A DNA stretch of 29,394 nt from a virus (lineage: Duplodnaviria; Caudoviricetes), in the IMG/VR virus record IMGVR_UViG_3300020438_000186, positions 1 to 29,394 of that record; one strand, given 5' to 3'. The notes under the pieces are model-generated. The model was not told the DNA's origin and searched no databases. It saw only the letters and a program-made list of their open reading frames with translations. The position numbers and the translations under genes were made by a program. Below, one piece after another: positions 25,518 through 29,394 of the stretch (position 1 is the first letter of the stretch; every line of letters begins with the position of its first letter).

Positions 25518-26482
25518 TGGCTGGTTTAGTTTTCAATTCAAAAAAGAGAGCGATGCCTACTTTCCCTGCTCCTGATACTTCTCTTCAGCCGTATTTCGGT
25601 GCTGCACATACTTATGCAGCTAGATCCTATCTGCCAGGATTTAATGGTGGTACAGCAGGCAGAAGCATTATGATACCAATGAATAGTAATAGTGCAAATC
25701 TTATTATGTACGATATTGAGGGGGCAGCAACAGGTAGCGGAGCTTGGGCCAGTGGTCTTACTGTTGCAGAAGCGGCTGGATCTGCAAATGCGGATAAATG
25801 GGTCGGATTCTGGATGGATAATACAGATGCAATGCTCTATATGTTAACGTCAGATACAACTACTACAGATCCTGATACTTTTTACCTGTCCAAAATAAAC
25901 GAAGCAGGAACAGTTACAGCGATTGGAAATGCTCAACTTGCACAAGCTGCCCATAATAATATGTATCATAATACAACAAGCACTCAAGGAAAGCTTAGAC
26001 GTTTAGGCGGAGATGGCTCTGGAAATTTTTCAATTTACAATACCTATGGAGCTGGTGGCACAGCAGCTGCAGCAGCTCCGTACAGAGGGGTGGATATTCA
26101 AATTAGTGCATCAAATGGGGCATTAAGTTATTCAAATATAATGCCAGCAACCTTTGGGGACCCCTACTATCTTCTTGGTATGAATCTGGGACCAACTGAT
26201 AATAATATTATTGGAGGTTTCTACAGTCTGTTTAGTCCTATTTCAGATGGACCTACTGGTGGTATAGCCAATACTAGTAATGGCAAAGGCTACTATCTGG
26301 TATCCTTAGGAAGTTTTCATACTAATGGAGTTGTTTTTGGGGCTTCAACATCTAATCCTGTTCACTGGAGGGAAAAGTATGTTCTTACAGGTGCTGGGCA
26401 AGCTTATGGCCCTCAAATTTATGATAGAAACGATATACACAGATGGCTAGATCAAGTGGCGGAATACTATGGAATACTATAA
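25517..26482 (+). CDS. Putative receptor-binding / fibre tip protein
   Basis: 321 aa, Gly/Ala/Ser/Thr/aromatic-rich, coupled to the adaptor gene; family not recognised. Confidence 0.5.
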   Translation: MAGLVFNSKKRAMPTFPAPDTSLQPYFGAAHTYAARSYLPGFNGGTAGRSIMIPMNSNSANLIMYDIEGAATGSGAWASGLTVAEAAGSANADKWVGFWMDNTDAMLYMLTSDTTTTDPDTFYLSKINEAGTVTAIGNAQLAQAAHNNMYHNTTSTQGKLRRLGGDGSGNFSIYNTYGAGGTAAAAAPYRGVDIQISASNGALSYSNIMPATFGDPYYLLGMNLGPTDNNIIGGFYSLFSPISDGPTGGIANTSNGKGYYLVSLGSFHTNGVVFGASTSNPVHWREKYVLTGAGQAYGPQIYDRNDIHRWLDQVAEYYGIL

Positions 26483-26777
26483 ATATTTAGAAACTGGAAT
26501 GGACGGAATTCAAATATTCCGTGCTTCTATATGGCTTAACCTTTTAACAGAGGCAGAGATGTGTGCGTTTTTTAGAACCTCTACTCAGATTATAGCAGAC
26601 ACAGCTTTATTAATGAGTAACAGGGATTGGGAGGTAGATGTTACTAGTACAAGATTTGATCAGGTAATGACCGCTTGTGTATCAGAAGAGATTTTTACTT
26701 CTGATAGAGTAGCTCAGTTTAAGCGTGGGGTAAGACCGATAACCGAAGCAGAGTACAGGTTTCCAATAGGGGTATAA
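26469..26777 (+). CDS. Hypothetical protein, possible partner or chaperone of the preceding protein
   Basis: 102 aa, overlaps the preceding stop; helical, acidic composition unlike the fibre genes. Confidence 0.55.
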   Translation: MEYYKYLETGMDGIQIFRASIWLNLLTEAEMCAFFRTSTQIIADTALLMSNRDWEVDVTSTRFDQVMTACVSEEIFTSDRVAQFKRGVRPITEAEYRFPIGV

Positions 26778-26780
26778 AAT

Positions 26781-27110
26781 ATGTCAACATCACCAGTAGC
26801 TTCATCAGTTTCAGATATTACAGCAACAATAAATACAAATTCAGTAACAGAATTTGTATGTACGAGTAACCAAACTACTTTTACTATATCTTATACTGTA
26901 GGTGAATTAATGGTATTCTTAAATGGTATCCTTTTAGATAATGGAGTAGACTATGCGGCATCGAATGGAACTTCTGTAGTATTAACAAATGGAGCTGCAG
27001 CAGACGATGTCTTAACTATAAATACCGATAAGTTTACATTTACAGCCACCTCTGTAGCCACCACAGCATCAGTAGACGATGCCACAGCACTGGCAATCGC
27101 ATTAGGATAA
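26781..27110 (+). CDS. Short virion protein with one beta domain and C-terminal helix ATALAIALG
   Basis: NQTTFTISYTVGELMVFLNGILLDNGVDYAASNGTSVVL, a module common in phage fibre/baseplate proteins; SD GGGG upstream. Confidence 0.7.
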   Translation: MSTSPVASSVSDITATINTNSVTEFVCTSNQTTFTISYTVGELMVFLNGILLDNGVDYAASNGTSVVLTNGAAADDVLTINTDKFTFTATSVATTASVDDATALAIALG

Positions 27111-27114
27111 AAAT

Positions 27115-27450
27115 ATGGCAAATACATTTAAAAATGCATTCGCAGCAAGTGTAAATCACGCGGCTTATGTTGATTTATATACTGTTCCGTCTAGCACAAC
27201 TACGGTAATTCTTGGTTTAGCACTTTGTAATAAGACAGCAAATGCTGTAAATGTTACAGTGCAAATGCAAGATACTTCTGCATCAAACGCAGACTTTCAA
27301 GTTCTTGATACTGTGAGTATACCAGCAAGAACAACTTTGGAAGTACTAGCTGGACAGAAATATATTTTAGAAACAACAGATGTGTTGCGAGTAAAAGCAG
27401 GAACTGCTTCCGCACTTGATGCCACACTAGGATTGATGGAGATTACCTAA
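27115..27450 (+). CDS. Small beta-sandwich adaptor protein (copy 2, MANTFKN type)
   Basis: 111 aa; LYTVPSSTTTVILGLALCNKT...SIPARTTLEVLAGQKYILETTDVLRV; SD AGGA. Confidence 0.72.
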   Translation: MANTFKNAFAASVNHAAYVDLYTVPSSTTTVILGLALCNKTANAVNVTVQMQDTSASNADFQVLDTVSIPARTTLEVLAGQKYILETTDVLRVKAGTASALDATLGLMEIT

Positions 27451-28820
27451 TGCCTTTTCTTGGGAGAAGCCCCGAAAAAGTAGGAATTAGTGATGGTAGT
27501 ATTGTTACAGCCAAAATAGCAGATGATGCAATAACCGCAGCCAAAATAGCAGATGATGCAGTTGTAACAGCCGCTATAGCAGATGATGCAATTACAGCAG
27601 CACTTATAGCAGACGATGCAGTTGTAACAGCTTCTGTAGCAGATAACGCGATTACTAGTGCTCTTTTAGCTGCAGGAGCAGGAGGCTTGGATTGGGATAC
27701 TACTGCTAAAACTTCAAACTTTACGGCAGTAGCAGAAAAAGGATACCTTTTAAATACAGCAGGTGGAGCAGTTACTGTTACTTTGCCAGCTTCTGCAACA
27801 GTAGGAGACAAAATAACTATAGTCGATGCTACAGCCAGTGCTTCTGCTAACAATATTACAATAGCTAGAAATGGATTAAAAATTTATGGAGGCACATCAG
27901 ATGTAATTCTTAGCCGAGACAGGGCTTCAACTTCTTTAATATATGCAGATACAACAAATGGTTGGGTTCCTTATGGAGGAGAAGATTATTATACTAATTA
28001 TGGGATTGAAGTTTTAATTGTAGCTGGAGGAGGTTCCGGAGGTGCTAATAAATCTAATGGTAATGGCTCTGGAGGAGGCGGTGCTGGCGGCATGCAAAAA
28101 ATTAGTTATAATGCTATTCCTGCCACAGCGTACTCGATCGTTATAGGAGCAGGCGCCTCTCAAAACACAAACTATAGCACAGGTGCTAGAGGTGCTAATG
28201 GAAGTAATACTACCGCGTTTGGCAGTAGTTCTGTTGGAGGTGGTGCAGGTGGTGGAAGTAATGTAGATACTGCTGGAGTCTCTGGAGGTTCTGGAGGCGG
28301 GGGCGGTAATGCTGGTGGAGATGGTGGAGCCGCTGGAACTTCGGGACAAGGAAATGCTGGAGGAAACACTTCATCTGGTAGTCCATGGAGAGGAGGCGGT
28401 GGCGGTGGTAAAGGAGCCGTCGGCGGTGATGGAGAAACCTCAGGAAATGGAGGAGCAGGCTCGAATACTTACGCTACTTGGGCAACCGCAACCAGTTCAG
28501 GTGCTAATAGTGGTTACTACGCTGGTGGTGGAGGCGGTGGAGTGTACTATACTGCTGCTGGCGATACTACGGGTGGTAATGGCGGAGGCGGTAAAGGTGA
28601 ATCTGGAAATGGCGGAGATGGAACTTCAGGAACTGCAAACACCGGAGGTGGTGGAGGTGGTGGAGCAAGTCACTCTAACGCTGGTAATGGCGGAGGTGGA
28701 GGTTCAGGCATTGTAATTGTTCGCTACCCGGGTGCTCAAAGAGGTACAGGCGGAACAATAGCTTCATCAGGCGGTTACACCTACCACAAATTCACTTCTA
28801 GTGGAACTTATACAGGATAA
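27450..28820 (+). CDS. Fibre/adhesin with 10-aa repeat stalk and glycine-rich C-terminal domain
   Basis: MPFLGRSP start; (I/V)xxAxIADDA repeats; NTAGGAVTVTLPASATVGDKITIVD domain; EVLIVAGGGSGG...GGSGIVIVRYP...YHKFTSSGT Gly-rich domain. Confidence 0.8.
   Translation: MPFLGRSPEKVGISDGSIVTAKIADDAITAAKIADDAVVTAAIADDAITAALIADDAVVTASVADNAITSALLAAGAGGLDWDTTAKTSNFTAVAEKGYLLNTAGGAVTVTLPASATVGDKITIVDATASASANNITIARNGLKIYGGTSDVILSRDRASTSLIYADTTNGWVPYGGEDYYTNYGIEVLIVAGGGSGGANKSNGNGSGGGGAGGMQKISYNAIPATAYSIVIGAGASQNTNYSTGARGANGSNTTAFGSSSVGGGAGGGSNVDTAGVSGGSGGGGGNAGGDGGAAGTSGQGNAGGNTSSGSPWRGGGGGGKGAVGGDGETSGNGGAGSNTYATWATATSSGANSGYYAGGGGGGVYYTAAGDTTGGNGGGGKGESGNGGDGTSGTANTGGGGGGGASHSNAGNGGGGGSGIVIVRYPGAQRGTGGTIASSGGYTYHKFTSSGTYTG
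27501..27650 (+). repeat. 5 x 30-bp imperfect tandem repeat (10-aa units)
   Basis: Units end in tagcagatgatgca or close variants at 30-bp period, with alternating (A/G)TTGT(T/A)ACA and AT(A/T)AC(C/A)GCA starts. Confidence 0.9.
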
Positions 28821-28832
28821 AAGGAGTAAGTA

Positions 28833-29210
28833 ATGGCACATTATGCAAAAGTAACAGACGGTATCGTACAAGAAGTACTTGTAGCAGAGGCAGAGTTCTT
28901 TGATAACTACGTTGACGACAGCCCAGGAGAATGGATTCAGACTTCGTATAATACAAGAGGTAATGTTCATTATGCTCCTGATAGCAGCGATCCCGATGGC
29001 GGAACTGCTTTAAGAAAGAATTATGCAGGGGTTGGTTTTCATTATGACGGGGTTGGTTTTTATTCACCACAACCTTTTCCAAGTTGGACACTTAATTCAA
29101 CTACTTATCTATGGGAGCCCCCTACAGCATTGCCTGACGACGGCAAATTGTATGTGTGGAATGAAACCGATAAAAAGTGGGATGAAGTAGAAGAGACCCG
29201 GAGCTCATAG
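28833..29210 (+). CDS. Small partner protein of the Gly-rich fibre (MAHYAKV type)
   Basis: SD AAGGAG; WIQTSYNT...LRKNYAGVGFHYD...FYSPQPFPSWTLN...WEPP...YVWNE, a family seen next to Gly-rich fibre genes. Confidence 0.75.
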   Translation: MAHYAKVTDGIVQEVLVAEAEFFDNYVDDSPGEWIQTSYNTRGNVHYAPDSSDPDGGTALRKNYAGVGFHYDGVGFYSPQPFPSWTLNSTTYLWEPPTALPDDGKLYVWNETDKKWDEVEETRSS

Positions 29211-29219
29211 GAGTAATAA

Positions 29220-29360
29220 ATGCCTTTTATAGGAGAACAACCAGCAGAAGCAGCAAGTTTAAAAGTAGTGGGTAGATCCGCTACAGTTACAGTCGAATTA
29301 ACAGCCGGTACCATAACAGTAACAACTAGGTCCGGAACGGTGAGCGTAGGAGTAGAATAA
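29220..29360 (+). CDS. 46-aa microprotein MPFIGEQP... (missing from ORF track)
   Basis: SD AGGAG (29209-29213), ATG 29220, TAA 29358-29360 overlapping the next ATG; MPFIGEQPAEAASLKVVGRSATVTVELTAGTITVTTRSGTVSVGVE. Confidence 0.7.
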   Translation: MPFIGEQPAEAASLKVVGRSATVTVELTAGTITVTTRSGTVSVGVE

Positions 29361-29394
29361 TGGCAGATAGGTACGCACTTGTTGTAGATTCAAC
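29360..29394 (+). CDS. Start of next gene (MADRYALVVDS..., truncated by window edge)
   Basis: TAATG overlap, SD AGGAG upstream, open to the window end. Confidence 0.55.
   Translation, partial: MADRYALVVDS

Noticed and set aside
23504-26482. Diversity-generating retroelement suggested by Mtd_N-like domains
   Set aside because: No reverse transcriptase and no template/variable repeat pair differing at adenines was seen in the window; the N-terminal module alone does not imply a DGR.
27501-27650. CRISPR-like array
   Set aside because: Repeats are contiguous, in-frame coding units with no unique spacers and no cas genes.
28309-28716. 135-aa alternate-frame + strand ORF rich in Val/Glu/Met
   Set aside because: Frame shadow of GGT/GGA glycine codons. 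The other short same-strand alternate-frame ORFs (167, 3624, 4224, 8254) likewise have no independent support.
623-29314. Numerous minus-strand ORFs of 60-136 aa in the ORF track
   Set aside because: All lie antisense to well-supported + strand structural genes, lack recognisable motifs, and are expected shadows of biased codon usage.
1-29394. Stop-codon reassignment, introns/inteins, tRNA genes or integrase
   Set aside because: Genes are intact under the standard code and end in TAA, TAG and TGA; intergenic gaps are short and explained by promoters and hairpins; no intein, splicing or recombinase motifs were recognised by eye.

Overview
This window is the virion morphogenesis module of a lytic, T5-like (Demerecviridae-type gene order) siphophage, AT-rich, with every credible gene on the + strand. 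The order is: terminase large subunit (5' truncated), HNH nuclease, portal, small unknown gene, prohead protease fused in frame to the HK97-fold major capsid protein, head and tail completion proteins, tail terminator, major tail tube protein, baseplate tube protein, two tail assembly chaperone ORFs, a 1450-aa tape measure, distal tail protein, a 2247-aa hub plus central fibre, a collar protein, and a long array of small fibre and adaptor genes running off the right edge. Four things stand out. (1) The fibre region looks like a modular plug-and-socket chain with two recurring junction grammars (DGG[S/T]Y-stop then MAQVIKxKRS; hydrophobic C-terminal helix, ~105-aa adaptor, receptor-binding protein, small partner). 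(2) The chaperone ORFs overlap in the +1 frame at a UUU_CGU motif, not the usual -1 slippery site. (3) The protease-capsid fusion keeps an internal SD+ATG and has an A7 run followed by an out-of-frame TAA-TAG-TGA. (4) Three near-perfect sigma70 promoters share an AAAAATA-N4-TTGAC-N18-TATAAT architecture. Product calls rest on motif recognition and synteny with T5; no database search was run.
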